Shown here: positions 13,001 through 27,100 of the stretch, in pieces
Layout of the letters: every line of letters starts with the position of its first letter
Numbering within the stretch: the first letter of the stretch is position 1
Assembly (NCBI GenBank): GCA_043228905.1
Contig: JBHGNT010000056.1
Span: forward strand, 62,001 to 126,000
Length of the DNA: 64,000 bases
Direction of reading: 5' to 3'
Origin: Azolla caroliniana
Taxonomy: Eukaryota > Plantae > Polypodiophyta
The notes under the pieces: model-generated
Told to the model about the DNA's origin: nothing
What the model saw: only the letters and a program-made list of their open reading frames with translations
The model's database searches: none
Made by a program: the position numbers and the translations under genes

Positions 13001-15080
13001 GAGTTTCAAAATCTCGATTTTTTAATTCTATATCATAGCTAGCCTTGTTAGCTTCGATTCGCATGTTTGAACACAGAAATCCGATATCACACGAGCCAGG
13101 TATGACCATTTTAATTTACTCACTGGCTCTTCTCAACTCCCTCCTCAAACATGCTAATTTCCTCATGTCTCTCGACCTGAGTTTCAAAATCACGATTTTT
13201 TAATTCTATATCATAGCTAGTCTTGTTAGTTTCGATTCGCATGTTTGAACACAGAAATCCGATATCACACGAGCCAGGTATGACCATTTTAATTTACTCA
13301 CTCGCTCTTCTCAACTCCCTCCTCCAGCATGCTAATTTCCTCATGTCTTTCGACGTCAGTTTCGAAATCACGATTTTTTAAGTCTATATCATAGCTAGCC
13401 TTGTTAGTTTCGATTCGCATGTTTGAACACAGAAATCCGATATCACACGAGCCCGGTATGACCATTTTAATTTACTCACACGCTCTTCTCAACTCCCTCC
13501 TCAAATATGCTAATTTCCTCATGTCTCTCGACCTGAGTTTCAAAATCTCGATTTTTTAATTCTATATCAGAGCTAGCCTTGTTAGCTTCGATTCGCATGT
13601 TTGAACACAGAAATCCGATATCACACGAGCCAGGTATGACCATTTTAATTTACTCACTCGCTCTTCTCAACTCCCTCCTCCAGCATGCTAATTTCCTCAT
13701 GTCTTTCGACGTCAGTTTCCAAAACTTGATTTTTTAATTTTATATCATAGCTATCCTTGTTAGCTTCGATTTGCATGTTTGAACACAGAAATCCGATATC
13801 ACACGAGCCAGGTATGACCATTTTAATTTACTCACTGGCTCTTCTCAACTCCCTCCTCAAATATGCTAGTTTCCTCATGTCTCTCGACCTGAGTTTCAAA
13901 ATCACGATTTTTTAATTCTATATCATAGCTAGCCTTGTTAGTTTCGATTCGCATGTTTGAACACAGAAATCCGATATCACACGAGCCAGGTATGACCATT
14001 TTAATTTACTCACTGGCTCTTCTCAACTCCCTCCTCAAATATGCTAATTTCTTCATGTCTCTCGACCTGAGTTTCAAAATCTCGATTTTTTAATTCTATA
14101 TCATAGCTAGCCTTGTTAGTTTCGATTCGCATGTTTGAACACAGAAATCCGATATCACACGAGCCAGGTATGACCATTTTAATTTACTCACACGCTCTTC
14201 TCAACTCCCTCCTCAAATATGCTAATTTCTTCATGTCTCTCGACCTGAGTTTCAAAATCTCGATTTTTTAATTCTATATCATAGCTAGCCTTGTTAGCTT
14301 CGATTTGCATGTTTGAACACAGAAATCCGATATCACACGAGCCAGGTATGACCATTTTAATTTACTCACTGGCTCTTCTCAACTCCCTCCTCAAATATGC
14401 TAATTTCCTCATGTCTCTCGACCTGATTTTCAAAATCTCGATTTTTTAATTCTATATCATAGCTAGCCTTGTTAGTTTCGATTCGCATGTTTGAACACAG
14501 AAATCCGATATCACACGAGCCAGGTATGACCATTTTAATTTACTCACACGCTCTTCTCAACTCCCTCCTCAAATATGCTAATTTCCTCATGTCTCTCGAC
14601 CTGAGTTTCAAAATCTCGATTTTTTAATTCTATATCAGAGCTAGCCTTGTTAGCTTCGATTCGCATGTTTGAACACAGAAATCCGATATCACACGAGCCA
14701 GGTATGACCATTTTAATTTACACAAACGCTCTTCTCAACTCCCTCCTCAAATATGCTAATTTCTTCATGTCTCTCGACCTGAGTTTCAAACTCACGATTT
14801 TTTAATTCTATATCATAGCTAGCCTTGTTAGCTTCGATTCGCATGTTTGAACACAGAAATCCGATATCACACGAGCCAGGTATGACCATTTTAATTTACT
14901 CACTGGCTCTTCTCAACTCCCTCCTCAAATATGCTAATTTCCTCATGTCTCTCGACCTGAGTTTCAAAATCACGATTTTTTAATTCTATATCATAGCTAG
15001 CCTTGTTAGTTTCGATTCGCATGTTTGAACACAGAAATCCGATATCACACGAGCCAGGTATGACCATTTTAATTTACTCA
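10090..15080 (+). repeat. Higher-order duplication, 14-mer (2492 bp), ~2 copies
   Basis: TTCTTAAG 10171/12663, AAACATG 10655/13147, GCCCGG 10959/13451 and CACAAACG 12229/14721 are all +2492. Confidence 0.9.
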
Positions 15081-18000
15081 CTCGCTCTTCTCAACTCCCT
15101 CCTCCAGCATGCTAATTTCCTCATGTCTTTCGACGTCAGTTTCGAAATCACGATTTTTTAAGTCTATATCATAGCTAGCCTTGTTAGTTTCGATTCGCAT
15201 GTTTGAACACAGAAATCCGATATCACACGAGCCCGGTATGACCATTTTAATTTACTCACACGCTCTTCTCAACTCCCTCCTCAAATATGCTAATTTCCTC
15301 ATGTCTCTCGACCTGAGTTTCAAAATCTCGATTTTTTAATTCTATATCAGAGCTAGCCTTGTTAGCTTCGATTCGCATGTTTGAACACAGAAATCCGATA
15401 TCACACGAGCCAGGTATGACCATTTTAATTTACTCACTCGCTCTTCTCAACTCCCTCCTCCAGCATGCTAATTTCCTCATGTCTTTCGACGTCAGTTTCA
15501 AAAACTTGATTTTTTAATTTTATATCATAGCTATCCTTGTTAGCTTCGATTTGCATGTTTGAACACAGAAATCCGATATCACACGAGCCAGGTATGACCA
15601 TTTTAATTTACTCACTGGCTCTTCTCAACTCCCTCCTCAAATATGCTAGTTTCCTCATGTCTCTCGACCTGAGTTTCAAAATCACGATTTTTTAATTCTA
15701 TATCATAGCTAGCCTTGTTAGTTTCGATTCGCATGTTTGAACACAGAAATCCGATATCACACGAGCCAGGTATGACCATTTTAATTTACTCACTGGCTCT
15801 TCTCAACTCCCTCCTCAAATATGCTAATTTCTTCATGTCTCTCGACCTGAGTTTCAAAATCTCGATTTTTTAATTCTATATCATAGCTAGCCTTGTTAGT
15901 TTCGATTCGCATGTTTGAACACAGAAATCCGATATCACACGAGCCAGGTATGACCATTTTAATTTACTCACACGCTCTTCTCAACTCCCTCCTCAAATAT
16001 GCTAATTTCTTCATGTCTCTCGACCTGAGTTTCAAAATCTCGATTTTTTAATTCTATATCATAGCTAGCCTTGTTAGCTTCGATTTGCATGTTTGAACAC
16101 AGAAATCCGATATCACACGAGCCAGGTATGACCATTTTAATTTACTCACTGGCTCTTCTCAACTCCCTCCTCAAATATGCTAATTTCCTCATGTCTCTCG
16201 ACCTGATTTTCAAAATCTCGATTTTTTAATTCTATATCATAGCTAGCCTTGTTAGTTTCGATTCGCATGTTTGAACACAGAAATCCGATATCACACGAGC
16301 CAGGTATGACCATTTTAATTTACTCACACGCTCTTCTCAACTCCCTCCTCAAATATGCTAATTTCCTCATGTCTCTCGACCTGAGTTTCAAAATCTCGAT
16401 TTTTTAATTCTATATCAGAGCTAGCCTTGTTAGCTTCGATTCGCATGTTTGAACACAGAAATCCGATATCACACGAGCCAGGTATGACCATTTTAATTTA
16501 CACAAACGCTCTTCTCAACTCCCTCCTCAAATATGCTAATTTCTTCATGTCTCTCGACCTGAGTTTCAAACTCACGATTTTTTAATTCTATATCATAGCT
16601 AGCCTTGTTAGCTTCGATTCGCATGTTTGAACACAGAAATCCGATATCACACGAGCCAGGTATGACCATTTTAATTTACTCACTGGCTCTTCTCAACTCC
16701 CTCCTCAAATATGCTAATTTCCTCATGTCTCTCGACCTGAGTTTCAAAATCACGATTTTTTAATTCTATATCATAGCTAGCCTTGTTAGTTTCGATTCGC
16801 ATGTTTGAACACAGAAATCCGATATCACACGAGCCAGGTATGACCATTTTAATTTACTCACTCGCTCTTCTCAACTCCCTCCTCCAGCATGCTAATTTCC
16901 TCATGTCTTTCGACGTCAGTTTCGAAATCACGATTTTTTAAGTCTATATCATAGCTAGCCTTGTTAGTTTCGATTCGCATGTTTGAACACAGAAATCCGA
17001 TATCACACGAGCCCGGTATGACCATTTTAATTTACTCACACGCTCTTCTCAACTCCCTCCTCAAATATGCTAATTTCCTCATGTCTCTCGACCTGAGTTT
17101 CAAAATCTCGATTTTTTAATTCTATATCAGAGCTAGCCTTGTTAGCTTCGATTCGCATGTTTGAACACAGAAATCCGATATCACACGAGCCAGGTATGAC
17201 CATTTTAATTTACTCACTCGCTCTTCTCAACTCCCTCCTCCAGCATGCTAATTTCCTCATGTCTTTCGACGTCAGTTTCAAAAACTTGATTTTTTAATTT
17301 TATATCATAGCTATCCTTGTTAGCTTCGATTTGCATGTTTGAACACAGAAATCCGATATCACACGAGCCAGGTATGACCATTTTAATTTACTCACTGGCT
17401 CTTCTCAACTCCCTCCTCAAATATGCTAGTTTCCTCATGTCTCTCGACCTGAGTTTCAAAATCACGATTTTTTAATTCTATATCATAGCTAGCCTTGTTA
17501 GTTTCGATTCGCATGTTTGAACACAGAAATCCGATATCACACGAGCCAGGTATGACCATTTTAATTTACTCACTGGCTCTTCTCAACTCCCTCCTCAAAT
17601 ATGCTAATTTCTTCATGTCTCTCGACCTGAGTTTCAAAATCTCGATTTTTTAATTCTATATCATAGCTAGCCTTGTTAGTTTCGATTCGCATGTTTGAAC
17701 ACAGAAATCCGATATCACACGAGCCAGGTATGACCATTTTAATTTACTCACACGCTCTTCTCAACTCCCTCCTCAAATATGCTAATTTCTTCATGTCTCT
17801 CGACCTGAGTTTCAAAATCTCGATTTTTTAATTCTATATCATAGCTAGCCTTGTTAGCTTCGATTTGCATGTTTGAACACAGAAATCCGATATCACACGA
17901 GCCAGGTATGACCATTTTAATTTACTCACTGGCTCTTCTCAACTCCCTCCTCAAATATGCTAATTTCCTCATGTCTCTCGACCTGATTTTCAAAATCTCG

Positions 18001-19620
18001 ATTTTTTAATTCTATATCATAGCTAGCCTTGTTAGTTTCGATTCGCATGTTTGAACACAGAAATCCGATATCACACGAGCCAGGTATGACCATTTTAATT
18101 TACTCACACGCTCTTCTCAATTCCCTCCTCAAATATGCTAATTTCCTCATGTCTCTCGACCTGAGTTTCAAAATCTCGATTTTTTAATTCTATATCAGAG
18201 CTAGCCTTGTTAGCTTCGATTCGCATGTTTGAACACAGAAATCCGATATCACACGAGCCAGGTATGACCATTTTAATTTACACAAACGCTCTTCTCAACT
18301 CCCTCCTCAAATATGCTAATTTCTTCATGTCTCTCGACCTGAGTTTCAAACTCACGATTTTTTAATTCTATATCATAGCTAGCCTTGTTAGCTTCGATTC
18401 GCATGTTTGAACACAGAAATCCGATATCACACGAGCCAGGTATGACCATTTTAATTTACTCACTGGCTCTTCTCAACTCCCTCCTCAAATATGCTAATTT
18501 CCTCATGTCTCTCGACCTGAGTTTCAAAATCACGATTTTTTAATTCTATATCATAGCTAGCCTTGTTAGTTTCGATTCGCATGTTTGAACACAGAAATCC
18601 GATATCACACGAGCCAGGTATGACCATTTTAATTTACTCACTCGCTCTTCTCAACTCCCTCCTCCAGCATGCTAATTTCCTCATGTCTTTCGACGTCAGT
18701 TTCGAAATCACGATTTTTTAAGTCTATATCATAGCTAGCCTTGTTAGTTTCGATTCGCATGTTTGAACACAGAAATCCGATATCACACGAGCCCGGTATG
18801 ACCATTTTAATTTACTCACACGCTCTTCTCAACTCCCTCCTCAAATATGCTAATCTCCTCATGTCTCTCGACCTGAGTTTCAAAATCTCGATTTTTTAAT
18901 TCCATATCAGAGCTAGCCTTGTTAGCTTCGATTCGCATGTTTGAACACAGAAATCCGATATCACACGAGCCAGGTATGACCATTTTAATTTACTCACTCG
19001 CTCTTCTCAACTCCCTCCTCCAGCATGCTAATTTCCTCATGTCTTTCGACGTCAGTTTCAAAAACTTGATTTTTTAATTTTATATCATAGCTATCCTTGT
19101 TAGCTTCGATTTGCATGTTTGAACACAGAAAGCCGATATCACACGAGCCAGGTATGACCATTTTAATTTACTCACTGGCTCTTCTCAACTCCCTCCTCAA
19201 ATATGCTAGTTTCCTCATGTCTCTCGACCTGAGTTTCAAAATCACGATTTTTTAATTCTATATCATAGCTAGCCTTGTTAGTTTCGATTCGCATGTTTGA
19301 ACACAGAAATCCGATATCACACGAGCCAGGTATGACCATTTTAATTTACTCACTGGCTCTTCTCAACTCCCTCCTCAAATATGCTAATTTCTTCATGTCT
19401 CTCGACCTGAGTTTCAAAATCTCGATTTTTTAATTCTATATCATAGCTAGCCTTGTTAGTTTCGATTCGCATGTTTGAACACAGAAATCCGATATCACAC
19501 GAGCCAGGTATGACCATTTTAATTTACTCACACGCTCTTCTCAACTCCCTCCTCAAATATGCTAATTTCTTCATGTCTCTCGACCTGAGTTTCAAAATCT
19601 CGATTTTTTAATTCTATATC
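13150..19620 (+). repeat. Higher-order repeat, 10-mer (1780 bp), ~3.6 near-identical tandem copies
   Basis: GCCCGG occurs at 13451/15231/17011/18791 and CACAAACG at 14721/16501/18281. Type-C monomers fall at ~13680/15460/17240/19020. Confidence 0.93.
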
Positions 19621-20219
19621 ATAGCTAGCCTTTTTAGCTTCGATTCGCATGTTTGAACACAGAAATCTGATATCACACGAGCCAGGTATGACCATTTTAA
19701 TTTACTCACTCGCTCTTCTCAACTCCCTCCTCCAGCATGCTAATTTCCTCATGTCTTTCGACGTCAGTTTCAAAAACTTGATTTTTTAATTTTATATCAT
19801 AGCTATCCTTGTTAGCTTCGATTTGCATGTTTGAACACAGAAATCCGATATCACACGAGCCAGGTATGACCATTTTAATTTACTCACTGGCTCTTCTCAA
19901 CTCCCTCCTCAAATATGCTAGTTTCCTCATGTCTCTCGACCTGAGTTTCAAAATCACGATTTTTTAATTCTATATCATAGCTAGCCTTGTTAGCTTCGAT
20001 TCGCATGTTTGAACACAGAAATCCGATATCACACGAGCCAGGTATGACCATTTTAATTTACTCACTGGCTCTTCTCAACTCCCTCCTCAAATATGCTAAT
20101 TTCTTCATGTCTCTCGACCTGAGTTTCAAAATCTCGATTTTTTAATTCTATATCATAGCTAGCCTTGTTAGTTTCGATTCGCATGTTTGAACACAGAAAT
20201 CCGATATCACACGAGCCAG

Positions 20220-23200
20220 GTATGACCATTTTAATTTACTCACTCGCTCTTCTCAACTCCCTCCTCCAGCATGCTAATTTCCTCATGTCTTTCGACGTCA
20301 GTTTCAAAAACTTGATTTTTTAATTTTATATCATAGCTATCCTTGTTAGCTTCGATTTGCATGTTTGAACACAGAAATCCGATATCACACGAGCCAGGTA
20401 TGACCATTTTAATTTACTCACTGGCTCTTCTCAACTCCCTCCTCAAATATGCTAGTTTCCTCATGTCTCTCGACCTGAGTTTCAAAATCACGATTTTTTA
20501 ATTCTATATCATAGCTAGCCTTGTTAGTTTCGATTCGCATGTTTGAACACAGAAATCCGATATCACACGAGCCAGGTATGACCATTTTAATTTACTCACT
20601 GGCTCTTCTCAACTCCCTCCTCAAATATGCTAATTTCTTCATGTCTCTCGACCTGAGTTTCAAAATCTCGATTTTTTAATTCTATATCATAGCTAGCCTT
20701 GTTAGTTTCGATTCGCATGTTTGAACACAGAAATCCGATATCACACGAGCCAGGTATGACCATTTTAATTTACTCACTGGCTCTTCTCAACTCCCTCCTC
20801 AAATATGCTAATTTCTTCATGTCTCTCGACCTGAGTTTCAAAATCTCGATTTTTTAAGTCTATATCATAGCTAGCCTTCTTAGTTTCGATTCGCATGTTT
20901 GAACACAGAAATCCGATATCACACGAGCCAGGTATGACCATTTTAATTTACTCACACGCTCTTCTCAACTCCCTCCTCAAATATGCTAATTTCTTCATGT
21001 CTCTCGACCTGAGTTTCAAAATCTCGATTTTTTAATTCTATATCATAGCTAGCCTTGTTAGCTTCGATTTGCATGTTTGAACACAGAAATCCGATATCAC
21101 ACGAGCCAGGTATGACCATTTTAATTTACTCACTGGCTCTTCTCAACTCCCTCCTCAAATATGCTAATTTCCTCATGTCTCTCGACCTGATTTTCAAAAT
21201 CTCGATTTTTTAATTCTATATCATAGCTAGCCTTGTTAGTTTCGATTCGCATGTTTGAACACAGAAATCCGATATCACACGAGCCAGGTATGACCATTTT
21301 AATTTACTCACACGCTTTTCTCAACTCCCTCCTCAAATATGCTAATTTCCTCATGTCTCTCGACCTGAGTTTCAAAATCTCGATTTTTTAATTCTATATC
21401 AGAGCTAGCCTTGTTAGCTTCGATTCGCATGTTTGAACACAGAAATCCGATATCACACGAGCCAGGTATGACTATTTTAATTTACACAAACGCTCTTCTC
21501 AACTCCCTCCTCAAATATGCTAATTTCTTCATGTCTCTCGACCTGAGTTTCAAAATCTCGATTTTTTAATTCTATATCATAGCTAGCCTTGTTAGCTTCG
21601 ATTTGCATGTTTGAACACAGAAATCCGATATCACACGAGCCAGGTATGACCATTTTAATTTACTCACTGGCTCTTCTCAACTCCCTCCTCAAATATGCTA
21701 ATTTCTTCATGTCTCTCGACCTGAGTTTCAAAATCTCGATTTTTTAATTCTATATCATAGCTAGCCTTTTTAGCTTCGATTCGCATGTTTGAACACAGAA
21801 ATCCGATATCACACGAGCCAGGTATGACCATTTTAATTTACTCACTCGCTCTTCTCAACTCCCTCCTCCAGCATGCTAATTTCCTCATGTCTTTCGACGT
21901 CAGTTTCGAAATCACGATTTTTTAAGTCTATATCATAGCTAGCCTTGTTAGTTTCGATTCGCATGTTTGAACACAAAAATCCGATATCACACGAGCCAGG
22001 TATGACCATTTTAATTTACTCACTCGCTCTTCTCAACTCCCTCCTCAAATATGCTAATTTCCTCATGTCTCTCGACCTGAGTTTCAAAATCACGATTTTT
22101 TAATTCTATATCATAGCTAGCCTTGTTAGTTTCGATTCGCATGTTTGAACACAGAAATCCGATATCACACGAGCCAGGTATGACCATTTTAATTTACTCA
22201 CTCGCTCTTCTCAACTCCCTCCTCCAGCATGCTAATTTCCTCATGTCTTTCGACGTCAGTTTCAAAAACTTGATTTTTTAATTTTATATCATAGCTATCC
22301 TTGTTAGCTTCGATTTGCATGTTTGAACACAGAAATCCGATATCACACGAGCCAGGTATGACCATTTTAATTTACTCACTGGCTCTTCTCAACTCCCTCC
22401 TCAAATATGCTAGTTTCCTCATGTCTCTCGACCTGAGTTTCAAAATCACGATTTTTTAATTCTATATCATAGCTAGCCTTGTTAGTTTCGATTCGCATGT
22501 TTGAACACAGAAATCCGATATCACACGAGCCAGGTATGACCATTTTAATTTACTCACTGGCTCTTCTCAACTCCCTCCTCAAATATGCTAATTTCTTCAT
22601 GTCTCTCGACCTGAGTTTCAAAATCTCGATTTTTTAATTCTATATCATAGCTAGCCTTGTTAGTTTCGATTCGCATGTTTGAACACAGAAATCCGATATC
22701 ACACGAGCCAGGTATGACCATTTTAATTTACTCACTGGCTCTTCTCAACTCCCTCCTCAAATATGCTAATTTCTTCATGTCTCTCGACCTGAGTTTCAAA
22801 ATCTCGATTTTTTAAGTCTATATCATAGCTAGCCTTCTTAGTTTCGATTCGCATGTTTGAACACAGAAATCCGATATCACACGAGCCAGGTATGACCATT
22901 TTAATTTACTCACACGCTCTTCTCAACTCCCTCCTCAAATATGCTAATTTCTTCATGTCTCTCGACCTGAGTTTCAAAATCTCGATTTTTTAATTCTATA
23001 TCATAGCTAGCCTTGTTAGCTTCGATTTGCATGTTTGAACACAGAAATCCGATATCACACGAGCCAGGTATGACCATTTTAATTTACTCACTGGCTCTTC
23101 TCAACTCCCTCCTCAAATATGCTAATTTCCTCATGTCTCTCGACCTGATTTTCAAAATCTCGATTTTTTAATTCTATATCATAGCTAGCCTTGTTAGTTT

Positions 23201-24130
23201 CGATTCGCATGTTTGAACACAGAAATCCGATATCACACGAGCCAGGTATGACCATTTTAATTTACTCACACGCTTTTCTCAACTCCCTCCTCAAATATGC
23301 TAATTTCCTCATGTCTCTCGACCTGAGTTTCAAAATCTCGATTTTTTAATTCTATATCAGAGCTAGCCTTGTTAGCTTCGATTCGCATGTTTGAACACAG
23401 AAATCCGATATCACACGAGCCAGGTATGACCATTTTAATTTACACAAACGCTCTTCTCAACTCCCTCCTCAAATATGCTAATTTCTTCATGTCTCTCGAC
23501 CTGAGTTTCAAAATCTCGATTTTTTAATTCTATATCATAGCTAGCCTTGTTAGCTTCGATTTGCATGTTTGAACACAGAAATCCGATATCACACGAGCCA
23601 GGTATGACCATTTTAATTTACTCACTGGCTCTTCTCAACTCCCTCCTCAAATATGCTAATTTCTTCATGTCTCTCGACCTGAGTTTCAAAATCTCGATTT
23701 TTTAATTCTATATCATAGCTAGCCTTTTTAGCTTCGATTCGCATGTTTGAACACAGAAATCCGATATCACACGAGCCAGGTATGACCATTTTAATTTACT
23801 CACTCGCTCTTCTCAACTCCCTCCTCCAGCATGCTAATTTCCTCATGTCTTTCGACGTCAGTTTCGAAATCACGATTTTTTAAGTCTATATCATAGCTAG
23901 CCTTGTTAGTTTCGATTCGCATGTTTGAACACAAAAATCCGATATCACACGAGCCAGGTATGACCATTTTAATTTACTCACTCGCTCTTCTCAACTCCCT
24001 CCTCAAATATGCTAATTTCCTCATGTCTCTCGACCTGAGTTTCAAAATCACGATTTTTTAATTCTATATCATAGCTAGCCTTGTTAGTTTCGATTCGCAT
24101 GTTTGAACACAGAAATCCGATATCACACGA
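20220..24130 (+). repeat. Higher-order duplication, 11-mer (1958 bp), 2 copies
   Basis: CCTTCTTAG ~20876/22834, CGCTTTTC ~21313/23271, CACAAACG 21485/23443 and ACAAAAAT ~21973/23931 are all +1958. Confidence 0.9.
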
Positions 24131-27100
24131 GCCAGGTATGACCATTTTAATTTACTCACACGCTCTTCTCAACTCCCTCCTCAAATATGCTAATTTCTTC
24201 ATGTCTCTCGACCTGAGTTTCAAAATCTTGATTTTTTAAGTCTATATCATAGCTAGCCTTGTTAGTTTCGATTCGCATGTTTGAACACAGAAATCCGATA
24301 TCACACGAGCCAGGTATGACCATTTTAATTTACTCACACGCTCTTCTCAACTCCCTCCTCAAATATGCTAATTTCTTCATGTCTCTTGATCTGAGTTTCA
24401 AAATCTCGATTTTTTAATTCTATATCATAGCTAGCCTTGTTAGCTTCGATTTGCATGTTTAAACACAGAAATCTGATATTACACGAGCCAGGTATGACCA
24501 TTTTAATTTACTCACTGGCTCTTCTCAACTCCCTCCTCAAATATGCTAATTTCCTCATGTCTCTCGACCTGAGTTTCAAAATCTCGATTTTTTAATTCTA
24601 TATCATAGCTAGCCTTGTTAGTTTCGATTCGCATGTTTGAACACAGAAATCCGATATCACACGAGCCAGGTATGACCATTTTAATTTACTCACTCGCTCT
24701 TCTCAACTCCCTCCTCAAATATGCTAATTTCTTCATGTCTCTCGACCTGAGTTTCAAAATCTCGATTTTTTAATTCTATATCATAGCTAGCCTTGTTAGC
24801 TTCGATTCGCATGTTTGAACACAGAAATCCGATATCACACGAGCCAGGTATGACCATTTTAATTTACTCACTGGCTCTTCTCAACTCCCTCCTCAAATAT
24901 GCTAATTTCCTCATGTCTCTCGACCTGAGTTTCAAAATCACGATTTTTTAATTCTATATCATAGCTAGCCTTGTTAGTTTCGATTCGCATGTTTGAACAC
25001 AGAAATCCGATATCACACGAGCCAGGTATGACCATTTTAATTTACTCACTCGCTCTTCTCAACTCCCTCCTCCAGCATGCTAATTTCCTCATGTCTTTCG
25101 ACGTCAGTTTCGAAATCACGATTTTTTACGTCTATATCATAGCTAGCCTTGTTAGTTTCGATTCGCATGTTTGAACACAGAAATCCGATATCACACGAGC
25201 CCGGTATGACCATTTTAATTTACTCACACGCTCTTCTCAACTCCCTCCTCAAATATGCTAATTTCTTCATGTCTCTCGACCTGAGTTTCAAAATCTCGAT
25301 TTTTTAAGTCTATATCATAGCTAGCCTTCTTAGTTTCGATTCGCATGTTTGAACACAGAAATCCGATATCACACGAGCCAGGTATGACCATTTTAATTTA
25401 CTCACACGCTCTTCTCAACTCCCTCCTCAAATATGCTAATTTCTTCATGTCTCTCGACCTGAGTTTCAAAATCTCGATTTTTTAATTCTATATCATAGCT
25501 AGCCTTGTTAGCTTCGATTTGCATGTTTGAACACAGAAATCCGATATCACACGAGCCAGGTATGACCATTTTAATTTACTCACTGGCTCTTCTCAACTCC
25601 CTCCTCAAATATGCTAATTTCCTCATGTCTCTCGACCTGATTTTCAAAATCTCGATTTTTTAATTCTATATCATAGCTAGCCTTGTTAGTTTCGATTCGC
25701 ATGTTTGAACACAGAAATCCGATATCACACGAGCCAGGTATGACCATTTTAATTTACTCACACGCTTTTCTCAACTCCCTCCTCAAATATGCTAATTTCC
25801 TCATGTCTCTCGACCTGAGTTTCAAAATCACGATTTTTTAATTCTATATCATAGCTAGCCTTTTTAGCTTCGATTCGCATGTTTGAACACAGAAATCCGA
25901 TATCACACGAGCCAGGTATGACCATTTTAATTTACTCACTCGCTCTTCTCAACTCCCTCCTCCAGCATGCTAATTTCCTCATGTCTTTCGACGTCAGTTT
26001 CGAAATCACGATTTTTTAAGTCTATATCATAGCTAGCCTTGTTAGTTTCGATTCGCATGTTTGAACACAGAAATCCGATATCACACGAGCCAGGTATGAC
26101 CATTTTAATTTACACAAACGCTCTTCTCAACTCCCTCCTCAAATATGCTAATTTCTTCATGTCTCTCGACCTGAGTTTCAAAATCTCGATTTTTTAATTC
26201 TATATCATAGCTAGCCTTGTTAGCTTCGATTTGCATGTTTGAACACAGAAATCCGATATCACACGAGCCAGGTATGACCATTTTAATTTACTCACTGGCT
26301 CTTCTCAACTCCCTCCTCAAATATGCTAATTTCTTCATGTCTCTCGACCTGAGTTTCAAAATCTCGATTTTTTAATTCTATATCATAGCTAGCCTTGTTA
26401 GTTTCGATTCGCATGTTTGAACACAGAAATCCGATATCACACGAGCCAGGTATGACCATTTTAATTTACTCACTGGCTCTTCTCAACTCCCTCCTCAAAT
26501 ATGCTAATTTCTTCATGTCTCTCGACCTGAGTTTCAAAATCTCGATTTTTTAATTCTATATCATAGCTAGCCTTGTTAGTTTCGATTCGCATGTTTGAAC
26601 ACAGAAATCCGATATCACACGAGCCAGGTATGACCATTTTAATTTACTCACACGCTCTTCTCAACTCCCTCCTCAAATATGCTAATTTCTTCATGTCTCT
26701 CGACCTGAGTTTCAAAATCTCGATTTTTTAATTCTATATCATAGCTAGCCTTTTTAGCTTCGATTCGCATGTTTGAACACAGAAATCTGATATCACACGA
26801 GCCAGGTATGACCATTTTAATTTACTCACTCGCTCTTCTCAACTCCCTCCTCCAGCATGCTAATTTCCTCATGTCTTTCGACGTCAGTTTCAAAAACTTG
26901 ATTTTTTAATTTTATATCATAGCTATCCTTGTTAGCTTCGATTCGCATGTTTGAACACAGAAATCCGATATCACACGAGCCAGGTATGACCATTTTAATT
27001 TACTCACTCGCTCTTCTCAACTCCCTCCTCCAGCATGCTAATTTCCTCATGTCTTTCGACGTCAGTTTCGAAATCACGATTTTTTAAGTCTATATCATAG

